Shown: positions 11,572-21,220 of the stretch, piece after piece
Layout of the letters: every line of letters begins with the position of its first letter
Position numbering within the stretch: position 1 is the first letter of the stretch
NCBI GenBank assembly: GCA_965637545.1
Contig: OZ281500.1
Span: 6,820,001-6,884,000, forward strand
Direction of reading: 5' to 3'
DNA length: 64,000 nucleotides
DNA from: Phallusia mammillata
Taxonomy: Eukaryota
Notes under the pieces: generated by a model
Told to the model about the DNA's origin: nothing
The model's input: the letters and a program-made list of their open reading frames with translations, nothing else
The model's database searches: none
Translations under genes and position numbers: made by a program

Positions 11572-13059
11572 ATGTGTGTCTTCACAATCTACCTAGGCTT
11601 CTTGTGCGTGTTCTTCCCAGAAGTCGCCGACGGTTTGTGTATGAGTTTGTTTTTGGATTTTTTTCTCACGGACTGTTTTCTTACACGCGAAACATGGTCG
11701 TGGGTGAAATCACCATTTGTATTCTCCCCTCAAAAAAAAGAACGGCTTCAAATAAACAATTTTATGCAAAATGTTAAAGCTTTGCATTGTGCGTGTGTAG
11801 TTTACAACAAATCTGTCATTAAAATTGGCGGGGCACACAAAAACGTAATAGATCGTTTGGCAAAAGCGATTGCCCTATTCTTTGGAAAAAATGATATCTC
11901 GGAGTTTGACGATAGATCTGCTCAAGACTTTTTAAAAGCAAACTTATTTTGGAGAAATCAATCTCATTCTGACCGTGTAAACAAGCTTTTTGCGTTTGAA
12001 AGGGAAAATATTAGAATCATTAAAACGTTCTGTAAAAATGAAAATACTAATGGCATTCAAAGAAACGAAGATTATAACAAACAGTGTATTGATGCTTTGG
12101 CAAAGCAACTAACTAGATACCCTAATCACTCTTCTTTACCTAAAAATGCGATAACTGCTTATCTACAAAAATGCCATTTTCCAATTACCAAGCAAACGTT
12201 AAAAATGATTCGATATAAATGGGTTACAAACCTGGCATTTAGAAAATGCGTTCAAGGGTCATATTTAAAATTAAACCCAGGTGATATACGGTCAAATTCC
12301 GAGGTTTCACACGATAAAGGGACGCCACGCCAAAAAACATATTGTGTTTGCAAAACTGTTTGGTGCGGAGAACAAATGGTAGAATGTGAATCATGTTTAC
12401 AATGGTTTCATCCACGGTGTGTGTTTAAAAATGTCACCCCCCAAAAATTTAGCAACGAGCAATGGAACAAGCTTCATTTTGTTTGTAATAGTTCGATTGT
12501 AAATGCCGACCCAAAACACGTGTACCGTCATGCCCCCACTGGCGCAGAAATCGGTAACAGCAACTCAGCATCCCCTAATTTAAAACTTCCCGTTGTCACA
12601 AATATTGTTAAAACTCATCCGCCATGTTCTAACTATTCTTCCGAGGATAACATTAGCCTCTCACCTGATACGAACGCCGAGTCAGCTCACCCGAACGTTT
12701 GTGATGTTTCGGATAATATAAGCGACTCTAGTATAGATCGACAAATGGAAAAAAAAACTCAAAATAGTTCGTCTGATGAGCAATGGATTTCGACAAATGT
12801 TTTGAACGAGCTTGGTAAAGTAAAAAAGCAAACTACTGCTGTAATGCACAATGTTTACGTAAACCTGAAAGAAAAAATTCACATCGGCCTTGACATTTGG
12901 AAAAGCATTACGAAAAATCGCACTTCAAATAAATTTGGAAGCAATGCGTATAAAGACATTATCTTTGCGTACCGAATATTGAAAGTCATTATTTGCGAGA
13001 TCCCCAAAATGTCAACACTATCAAGCCAAATTCCGGCAGCTACCTCGAAGGAGCAATAA
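11572..13059 (+). CDS. Transposon ORF2: PHD-finger protein (frame open from 11521)
   Basis: YCVC-x9-VECESC-x4-HPRC...FVCNSS is a C4HC3 PHD pattern with the last Cys replaced by Ser. Confidence 0.7.
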   Translation: MCVFTIYLGFLCVFFPEVADGLCMSLFLDFFLTDCFLTRETWSWVKSPFVFSPQKKERLQINNFMQNVKALHCACVVYNKSVIKIGGAHKNVIDRLAKAIALFFGKNDISEFDDRSAQDFLKANLFWRNQSHSDRVNKLFAFERENIRIIKTFCKNENTNGIQRNEDYNKQCIDALAKQLTRYPNHSSLPKNAITAYLQKCHFPITKQTLKMIRYKWVTNLAFRKCVQGSYLKLNPGDIRSNSEVSHDKGTPRQKTYCVCKTVWCGEQMVECESCLQWFHPRCVFKNVTPQKFSNEQWNKLHFVCNSSIVNADPKHVYRHAPTGAEIGNSNSASPNLKLPVVTNIVKTHPPCSNYSSEDNISLSPDTNAESAHPNVCDVSDNISDSSIDRQMEKKTQNSSSDEQWISTNVLNELGKVKKQTTAVMHNVYVNLKEKIHIGLDIWKSITKNRTSNKFGSNAYKDIIFAYRILKVIICEIPKMSTLSSQIPAATSKEQ

Positions 13060-15959
13060 AACTGTATTGTGCCCACGGGAGATGCTGCAACTGTGAAATA
13101 AAAATATGTGTGGATTTGATTTCGTTCGTGGATCGAGTTGAAGGCCAAGTAACGGTAAGAGGCATGCGAAACCACCAAAAGGGTTGTAAACGGAGACGGC
13201 GGGTATCTGGTAAAAGGCGGGACAAACTTAAACGCCGACTTCAATTTCAGTCTGCAAATAAATTACAAAGAAAATTATTTGACGATTTAACAGAAGCGGA
13301 ACGTTGGTTAGGTGCACATACTTATCTACCCTCCCAATCCGTGCTTCGCAACATAAAAAGCGAAGGTAAATCTATGTTCCACTATTCCAAACTATGGTTT
13401 GTAAATTTGTTGCACTTTCTCCAGTTAAAAAAACGAGCTTTTGTTCGCCTAATATGCATTCACCCCCCATCTGTAACATTGTATTCAAATCCACAAGTAA
13501 AACTCTATTTCGATCTTTGTTTGAAAGATATCGTGTACTTTGATGCTACCGGAAGTTGCCTCCGTAGTCAAAATGGATACTCCGATTTTCAGGTGTATAC
13601 ACTTTTAGTAAGAAACCCTACTAAAGGGGAAGTGGCACTTCCGGTGGCAACAAACGTTACCACTTGTCATGACAGCAACAGCATCAGTCATTTTCTCGAG
13701 TCGTTTTTAATAAACGTTGTAAAAATTTGTAAAGTATCTAGAAAACCGGCTTTTATAATTATTGATGGATCCATGGCCATGTGGAATGGGGTTCTTAAAG
13801 CCCTATGTAGAGAATCGCGCCTTGAATATTATAATCGATGTTATCGCATATTAGTTGGGTTGCCACTTAAAGATGATTTAAAACTAACAATAGTGCATAA
13901 TTGTTACAGTCATGCCATGAAAGCAGCCAAAATCCTTTGCCTGAAACACTGGTCCGATAAGAAATTAGCTCAGTCGGCACTATACTGGATAAACTTACTT
14001 TTTACTTGCAAAACCATTAGGGAATTAGATGATGCTGTTGCTAGTTTAATCATTTTAACCCACTGTGAAAAAAACTCTCCCCTTGTAGAAAAACATTTCA
14101 ATAATTTGAAACATAAACTCGACAACTCTCTAAGTGTAAACGTTGACAATGACACCTTTGAATTGGACGCGGGTGATGATGCAGATTATTTTTTTACTGG
14201 AAAAAGTGATGATGCTTTGCAAGAAAAAAAATCCCCATTTTTTCATCGTTACGACAAAATGTTAAAAAAAATCATTGTTTCGGACGAGTACAACATACAA
14301 CTGTCAGCAAATCTGGAACAAAATTTGTACCACAATCAAACTTTTTTCAAAATATTACTTGAACGGGTAATAAGCAGAATTTGTTGTACATCTCATTTAT
14401 TGCTAGGGGATTTATCTCGCCATGTTACCGACGACACGTCACCTGAGCAGCATGAACTGTACCAAAATTATTCCAAAAAATGTGACAAATTAGGTGATGT
14501 AAAATTTCAGACCATTTTGACAAACAATAACACACAAGGAATTATAGAACAGCATTTCGGGGACATGAAACAAAATTATATCGACGGAAAAAGGGTGGCA
14601 CGAATAGACGACTTTGTCCATTTATACCACAAAGCGATAAAAGTCCAGGAAAAACAATTTGCTGACAGTTTGATGCATTTAAATATAAACGCGTCAAAAA
14701 CTAAAACAGACGAAAAATCCACACCTCTTGTTTTGGCGCAGTTTAAAAAACGTAAACGAAACTCGAAAAGCTTTTATTCCTCCCCACAATTGGCAAAACG
14801 AATTCGATTTCAGAATATTAGAAATAAAGGTAACAATACTCTAACCAGGACCCCAACACTGGCACATTTTTCATTTGTTACGTCAACGCCATCTGTCGTA
14901 AATATGGTGAAATCCTTGGCAAATTATATTTGGCACCATGTCACATTTACTGACGCATCAATTTTAAATCAGGCTTTAATAACGCCCAACCGCAGTTCAT
15001 TAACTTGGTTAGATTTGTGTTCACTGTGCACCGAACCAAAAAACTCCACACGCGACGCACTTCTGTCACATGTTCACACTAAGGATACTTTTGGATGGCT
15101 TACTAGTAATGTCGTAGATTCGTATATTCGCCGATCGGTTAATATTGGTAACACTTTTTTGGAATCTGAGTTCGGGATGCTGGATTGCGGCGTTACTGAA
15201 CAAATTTTAAAAAACAAGCCATTTAAAAACTTACATGGAGTTATGCAGCCCATATCTCGGTCAACAGACGGTCAAATTAAAAATAATTTATTTATGCCTG
15301 TCTTATGGAAAAATCATTTCATGTTCATATGGTTTTGTAAAGATAAAAAGGAACTAAAATTATTCGATTCTGGTAAAGATACCCAAAACGAGCTCGTTAA
15401 GATAATACAGTCCTATCTTGTGCCATTTTTAAATAAAATTACTGACCCAGGCTCCAAGATAAAGTTTTTCCCGGACGCTTTAATACAACAAACCGACCAG
15501 CTAAGTTGCGGAGTTTGCGTCTGTTATGGAGTAGACCATATTATTTCGACCGTATCAAAACAACCCCTTGGGAAATTTGACCCTAAGTTTTTCCGTCAGT
15601 GGATTGCATACGCCCTAGTCGAAAATTCACCACAGTGTAATTTTGCAATAAAACGACATTTAGAGGAACAAAATGACCAACCTGTCGGTTTGCAAAACTT
15701 TGGTAACACATGCTGGTCAAACGCTGTTTTCCAATCACTAAAATTCCTCATGGGGCAAAAAACTGTTAAATCACCTCGTACGGCTGTTTCTGACCCCGTT
15801 GCTAAATTTTTACATTCATTGAGTAACAAATCGTACGACGTTGAGGTTCATCGCCATTTGATTAAAGATATCTGCAATAATCTTAAATGGAACTTTAATA
15901 ATCAACATGATGCTGGCGAATTTTTAATGTTAGCCTATATCAAAATGGTAGTCTGCTAG
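12993..15959 (+). CDS. Transposon ORF3: MULE-type DDE transposase + Ulp1/C48 protease + N-terminal half of USP/C19 deubiquitinase
   Basis: VYFDATG (D1), IIIDGSMAMWNGVLKAL (D2), CYSH (CxxH), GIIEQHFGDMKQ (E); Ulp1 triad WKNHF / LFDS / QQTDQLSCGVCVC; USP Cys box GLQNFGNTCWSNAVFQSL and QHDAGEFL. Frame open from 12954. Confidence 0.8.
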   Translation: MRDPQNVNTIKPNSGSYLEGAIKLYCAHGRCCNCEIKICVDLISFVDRVEGQVTVRGMRNHQKGCKRRRRVSGKRRDKLKRRLQFQSANKLQRKLFDDLTEAERWLGAHTYLPSQSVLRNIKSEGKSMFHYSKLWFVNLLHFLQLKKRAFVRLICIHPPSVTLYSNPQVKLYFDLCLKDIVYFDATGSCLRSQNGYSDFQVYTLLVRNPTKGEVALPVATNVTTCHDSNSISHFLESFLINVVKICKVSRKPAFIIIDGSMAMWNGVLKALCRESRLEYYNRCYRILVGLPLKDDLKLTIVHNCYSHAMKAAKILCLKHWSDKKLAQSALYWINLLFTCKTIRELDDAVASLIILTHCEKNSPLVEKHFNNLKHKLDNSLSVNVDNDTFELDAGDDADYFFTGKSDDALQEKKSPFFHRYDKMLKKIIVSDEYNIQLSANLEQNLYHNQTFFKILLERVISRICCTSHLLLGDLSRHVTDDTSPEQHELYQNYSKKCDKLGDVKFQTILTNNNTQGIIEQHFGDMKQNYIDGKRVARIDDFVHLYHKAIKVQEKQFADSLMHLNINASKTKTDEKSTPLVLAQFKKRKRNSKSFYSSPQLAKRIRFQNIRNKGNNTLTRTPTLAHFSFVTSTPSVVNMVKSLANYIWHHVTFTDASILNQALITPNRSSLTWLDLCSLCTEPKNSTRDALLSHVHTKDTFGWLTSNVVDSYIRRSVNIGNTFLESEFGMLDCGVTEQILKNKPFKNLHGVMQPISRSTDGQIKNNLFMPVLWKNHFMFIWFCKDKKELKLFDSGKDTQNELVKIIQSYLVPFLNKITDPGSKIKFFPDALIQQTDQLSCGVCVCYGVDHIISTVSKQPLGKFDPKFFRQWIAYALVENSPQCNFAIKRHLEEQNDQPVGLQNFGNTCWSNAVFQSLKFLMGQKTVKSPRTAVSDPVAKFLHSLSNKSYDVEVHRHLIKDICNNLKWNFNNQHDAGEFLMLAYIKMVVC

Positions 15960-17185
15960 AAAACTGTGGCCTTAATCCAAGACATCAATTTCGGTCAACC
16001 ATCACCTGCAAAACTTGCAAAAGCGTTCAGTCCTGTATGGAACCGGAGCAAAACTTTTGGTTTGTTCCTATATACCAAAACTTAGCTGCTGGCAGTAAAT
16101 TAAGCAAGTATTTCGATAAATGTTGCAATGAAATCGTTTTGGCAAACTGCTCCACTTGCGGCAGCAAAAAACAGTTTGATAAAAGTTTGAAACTCGATTC
16201 AACTTCCGACGTTTTGCCGATCGTATTGCCACGATCCAGTATTAACGGAAAATGCACTAAAACGATTTTACCGGATTTGCGATTAACTCTAGGAGATGCT
16301 GTGTTTGTTTTAAAATGTGCAATTGTTCACGTTGGAGCGCAATCCAGTTCCGGGCATTACATGGCCTACTCATTTGCGGAACAAGGAATTTTAGAATACA
16401 ATGACAAAAAATTCAAACATGTTAATTGGGACAATGTTGAACATCGAATACAGAGTGGTGCATACATTTTGTTTTACACTAAATTATCTCAATTTCCCCA
16501 GAATATGCTAAGTACAAGCCAAATCCCTATCACAATAAAAAGAAAAAAAAGAAAACTTAACTTACAACACGCTAACGCTCAAATTTCTGAAAAAAATGTT
16601 TTTGAAAATTATCCGTTGTACCACGCTACTTCAGATAATGTAATTGATAAAATAACTGAACTGGATTTAAACAACAAGGACAGAGAAATTTATCATACTG
16701 TAACAGAACACTTGCTACGTGATATGAGTATGAACTGGACCAACGCCCAATGTGTAACTGCTGGGTATAGATACTGCCTTTATTTGACCTTATTAAAATG
16801 CGACCTAAAAAAGTATTATCAAAATTTTTCATTTGAGAAAAGCAATATTTTGACAATTGAAACCTTTAATTTGTGGCAATACGTAAAACATTTCCTGTGC
16901 CGAGAAAAAATTAGGAACCGCCAATTTTCAGACGGCCAAATTGTTAGTTCTTCAAGAGTGGGATTAGAATTAAAACCAAATTTTATTTTGAAACAAAGCT
17001 TGTTGAATTCCGTTGTTAACAAAACAAATTACAATTTGCTCGAATTTTTGGATATAGTTGTAAACCGTGAGGCTATAATTTACTACCAGGCTACCCGCGA
17101 TGAAACGTCGTACGACGTTGCTACTCCTAATTTCTCCTTATCCTGTAATACTTTTGAAAAAAAACAACAGTCAACTACGAAATAA
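15911..17185 (+). CDS. Transposon ORF4: C-terminal half of USP/C19 deubiquitinase plus unknown tail
   Basis: Frame open upstream of the listed ATG (16037): TITCKTC...EPEQ, NCSTC, His box AIVHVGAQSSSGHYMAY, YNDKKF, GAYILFY. Confidence 0.8.
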   Translation, partial: CWRIFNVSLYQNGSLLENCGLNPRHQFRSTITCKTCKSVQSCMEPEQNFWFVPIYQNLAAGSKLSKYFDKCCNEIVLANCSTCGSKKQFDKSLKLDSTSDVLPIVLPRSSINGKCTKTILPDLRLTLGDAVFVLKCAIVHVGAQSSSGHYMAYSFAEQGILEYNDKKFKHVNWDNVEHRIQSGAYILFYTKLSQFPQNMLSTSQIPITIKRKKRKLNLQHANAQISEKNVFENYPLYHATSDNVIDKITELDLNNKDREIYHTVTEHLLRDMSMNWTNAQCVTAGYRYCLYLTLLKCDLKKYYQNFSFEKSNILTIETFNLWQYVKHFLCREKIRNRQFSDGQIVSSSRVGLELKPNFILKQSLLNSVVNKTNYNLLEFLDIVVNREAIIYYQATRDETSYDVATPNFSLSCNTFEKKQQSTTK

Positions 17186-17654
17186 AAAACTGCAGATCTC
17201 CATACAAAACTTAATAAACTCTAGGCCCAGGTAAAATACGGCTATTGGCAAAGGTCCTGGGTTAACAAAAAACCGAACGACCACCGCAAGGACTGCCTCC
17301 TGGGCGTGGTTGGAAAGTCCTAGTTAAAGTTGCAAACTTTAAGGTAGAATTCGTAATACAAATAAGTTTTACTTTAGTGTTCCTGATTAGCAACTTAAAA
17401 GTTAAAGATAAAACAAATTCAGCTAAAAAGCATGGCCATAAGGTTTTAAACTTAAATAAATTTGTCCCGAACAAAAAAAAAACGCTTTTTTCCAAATAAA
17501 CATTTTGTTAAATTTTCAGTTATCGGACTGCCGCCTGATTGTCGAAAAAAACAAAAAAAAACTTTTTGAAACATGTATATGGTAAACGGATAAATCACAT
17601 ACATTTCCACAAAAAAACTCGAATTCTCATTTCGGCGAAATGACGGTGGTGTTT

Positions 17655-17662
17655 TCACGTGA
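17655..17662. promoter_or_regulatory. TCACGTGA palindromic E-box (CLEAR/TFEB-MITF-like) upstream of PPT1, overlapping the transposon TSD
   Basis: Exact motif at 17655-17662; its first 4 nt are the last 4 nt of the TSD. Confidence 0.5.
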
Positions 17663-18369
17663 TGTTATTCATGCACGGTTCACTGACTTTCGGTCTTGCT
17701 TTGTTTTTGTGCTAGCTAAAAGAAAAAGGGTGACAGATATAATATATTATCACATTGTTTTTTCTGTGACAGTTACTTTGACAGTTTGATCTTGGTACAA
17801 TTGAAAAATAGTTTCAAGTAGAAGCACTGCTGCAAAACTTACAATAGTATGTTTTTTTTCTGCTCTGCATATGTTTATAACAAAGTTTAAATTACATGTA
17901 CAAAGAAATAAGTAGTGTTTTAGAATTGTAAGAGCAAAAAATAAACGACTTGTTGGTCAGGTTTATCTGTAAAAATTATTTGCAAAATTCAATGAAGTTT
18001 GTTCAAAGGATAATTTTAACATGACTTGGCAGAACTATGACATATTCCATGAAAAATGATGTCATGTATTCTATGTGTGCTTTGGAAGATAAGATCAGTT
18101 TTAAGAATCTAGTCAAGCTAAACTATTGCGAAGATATGTTTTAGCGTAAAACTTATCTAGGCTGTGTTTTTGCAAAAGTTATGCTGGACCAGGTCTTTAA
18201 AAACGATGCTTATCTAATCTTGAGTTGAGTTGAGATCTTTAAAGGCAACCATAGAATATTCAAAAAAAAAAGTTAAAAAAAAAACATCTGCCCTAAACTA
18301 TGACATTGACACCATTTTTTGCTTATTTTTAGGTGACCCAGAAATTTAGAAGTAGCATATTCTGTTTTC

Positions 18370-20521
18370 ATGATGTCAAGGCTGTCAACAGCATTTGTCT
18401 TCATTCAAGCAATTGTGCTTTGCACAGGAGCTGACCCAACACCTCTTGTTATTTGGCATGGAATGGGTAATTTTAGTTGATTTTAACCTTGATGTTTCTT
18501 TTTTTTTAACCTTGATGTTTTTAGTATTTGTAATTTTTAAAACCATAGTACGTGCATAGTTCATGTACATTGGCAATAATTAGCTGTGTATTTTTTATTG
18601 TGACAATTCAATTTTTTAAGTTCTGTATGTTACATGGCATAATGTATATTTATTTGTTTTTTAATTAGAATGTCAGCAACATCGGCATCGCTTAGGTAGT
18701 TTTGTAAACAACAAGCCAACATTATACTGATACGTGATAAAACATCATTATGCCAACTGTGCAAAATTTCATTTTTGTTTGAACTGTGTATGATCATTGG
18801 GCGTGGGAATTATAACAGACATAGGATGACTAAAATAGTCTCTTCAAACAGGTTTTGCAATTTTAAAGTACACTCACTTCTCACTATGTTGACACAGTGA
18901 AAGAAATGTCTACATCCCAAAGTCTATTTAGGGATTGTAAAACCACAAGGCATTTGACCTGCACCTTCTGAAAAATTGCAGAAATATTAAAAGTTACAAA
19001 TAAAATATGCTTCACAAAACTTGCAACATTTTTAATTCTTTAAAGGTGACAGCTGCTGCAATCCCTTTAGCATGGGCTCAATCATGCGCATGGTTGAAAA
19101 TGAAATTCCAGGCATATACATCAATTCACTCAAAATCGGTGACACAACCACTGCTGATATTATGAATGGATTTTTAAAGCCAATCAGCGACCAGGTAACT
19201 AAATCAGTGTCTGCAAGGCATTTTAACCATGAGTTGATTTCTTATTGTCTTTTTAGATTACTATGGCCTGTGAAATAGTCAAAGCTGATGCAAATCTTGC
19301 AAATGGTTTTAATGCAATGGGATTTTCACAAGGTGGACAGTTTCTGTGAGTTACTATGTCTACACAAGTGTACTCCCTGTAACAGTTTTAACAATGTAAT
19401 TTACTTGTTTTCAGGAGAGCTTTGGCACAGCAATGTGATGGAATTCAAATGCACAACCTAATAACTTTTGGAGGCCAGCACCAAGGAGTCTATGGATTTC
19501 CAAAATGCCCAAGTAGTGTCACTTTCTGTGATAGCTTAAGACAGATTCTGAATACTGCTGCATACCGACCAGTTGTACAAGACCAGTATGTACAGTATCC
19601 TAAATTATAACAAACTGTATCGATCTTTGACTTTTTGTAAATTTACCAAATGTTGCACATATGTACACAATAATAGGAAAAACATAACAAAAAGCCAGGA
19701 CTTGATTTTTTGATTGCTTTTTTGACTGAATTAAGACAGTTACTTTGTCCCCAACCAAATTTACCCCAGGGGTAAATTGATTGCAGGTTGAGATTGTTTG
19801 CAAATAAAATAAAACCAAAAAAAAGATCCTCATGCTTGCATAGCTACATAGTAAAACAGTCACAGGAAAGTTAAGCTTTGTTTTGGCAAAAAAAATGTGA
19901 CTCAACTTCACATGACATAGCAGATATTTCCTGGTTGGTAACCTGCATCTTTTCCCAAGCCAATGTCTCTTGTGTTTTATTTTTAGTTTGGTTCAAGCTG
20001 AGTATTGGCATGATCCACTGCATGTTAATGAGTATTTGAGCAAGAACATTTTCTTGCCTGACATCAATAATGAAAATAAAGTCAATGAAGAGTACAAGCA
20101 AAGGCTCCAAGCACTTAACAAGTTTGTCATGGTCAGATTCAACAATGACACCATGGTGGAACCAGTTGCTTCTGAGGTTTATTATTATATTATCTCCAAG
20201 TGAAATATGCATCTCATATTAATGTGACTGAGTTTACCATTATTGATTTTTTCAGTGGTTTGGATTTTACACTCCTGGCCAGGATGAAGAGGTCCAAAGC
20301 TTGCAGGAGTCTGACCTCTACCAAACAGTACATGCTAATATCTAGCATCAAAAGTGAATGTTTAAATTAGTAAATTTATATTCAATTGATTTTTGCAGGA
20401 CCAACTTGGACTTAAAGCTATGGACGAAGCAGGAAAGCTGGTGTTTCTGGCTACTGATGGTGATCATCTCCAGTTTACTGATGAATGGTTTAATGCCAAC
20501 ATCCTGCAATACTTGAAGTAA
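18370..20521 (+). CDS. PPT1: Palmitoyl-protein thioesterase 1, 7 exons, 296 aa
   Basis: Exons 18370-18466, 19046-19194, 19257-19345, 19415-19585, 19987-20176, 20256-20327, 20399-20521 (891 nt). [23 protein letters not shown] (Ser), FNNDTMV (Asp), GDHLQF (His); signal peptide. Confidence 0.96.
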
Positions 20522-21220
20522 CATAAGTGTACCATGGGTTCCATAAGCTATTTTAATGTGGGTGGTGTAATTTGATGTTCAAGTGTCTGTTATATCAGAA
20601 AACATTTTTAATTAATACTGTATTGTTGCCCTTCAGCTCAGTAGCCACCATGTGAAATCACAAATGTACATCTACTATTATCACCTTTTACCAGATTAAA
20701 ATCGTTCTGTTTGTTTTGTTTCATGTCAAAAAAATGGTCTTTGCAGTGTGTATGTTGGTGATAATCGCGGTCACTGTGAGTAAATACAATCAATCAAAAA
20801 ATGTTTCTATCCATAAGGTCTTAAAGAAACACCAGTTAGGTGTGTGTACAAGTGTTGATCCATTATATTTGACGTAAACAAACACAAATGCAGTGAGTAG
20901 CATGTTGGGCGGAATGAGATAAACAACAACGCAAATGTGATTTGACACTATTAAAAAAATGCAACCAGTTATACAACAGTAAAGGTACACAGAAAAAAAA
21001 CTTATTACATAATTTGATCTATTGAACAAAATCTTTTGGCAACAACACTGTTTTCATTTTGCAGGTAAACTACATTTTAATCTCTAAGCAATCGAGTTAC
21101 AGGAAAACAAATAATTAAAAAAATTGGCAAAAACAGATCTTATATGGTATGCATTTTAAACAAAGGAAACTTATGTTTGTCAGTGTTGACAAAAAAGTAA
21201 ATGAAGGCTATATGAATTTA

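Larger units (their letters stand above)
4933..17649 (+). mobile_element. Large (~12.7 kb) Mutator-like DDE transposon with internal satellite and protease/PHD cargo
   Basis: Inverted ends GTCATTTCGCCGAAAT (4939-4954) and ATTTCGGCGAAATGAC (17629-17644), imperfect extension to GTTTACCA (4997) and TGGTAAAC (17580); 9-bp direct repeat TGTTTTCAC at 4924-4932 and 17650-17658; internal DDE transposase ORF. Outermost 5-6 nt of the TIRs mismatch, so the ends are uncertain by 1-2 nt. Confidence 0.8.

Noticed and set aside
10691-17185. Viral, Polinton/Maverick or Helitron origin of the large ORF block
   Set aside because: No DNA polymerase B, capsid, integrase, HUH/Rep or helicase motifs seen; D-D-CxxH-E core and 9-bp flanking repeat fit MULE better.
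4926-17657. Alternative element borders (CAC...GTG with 6-bp TTTTCA, or 8-bp GTTTTCAC TSD)
   Set aside because: Possible because the TSD edges are self-complementary, but the longest repeat (9 bp) agrees with the transposase type; not fully excluded (Zisupton/KDZ use 8 bp).
19758-19778. Perfect hairpin AATTTACCCC-A-GGGGTAAATT in a PPT1 intron
   Set aside because: Too short to assign; probably a TE relic or chance.
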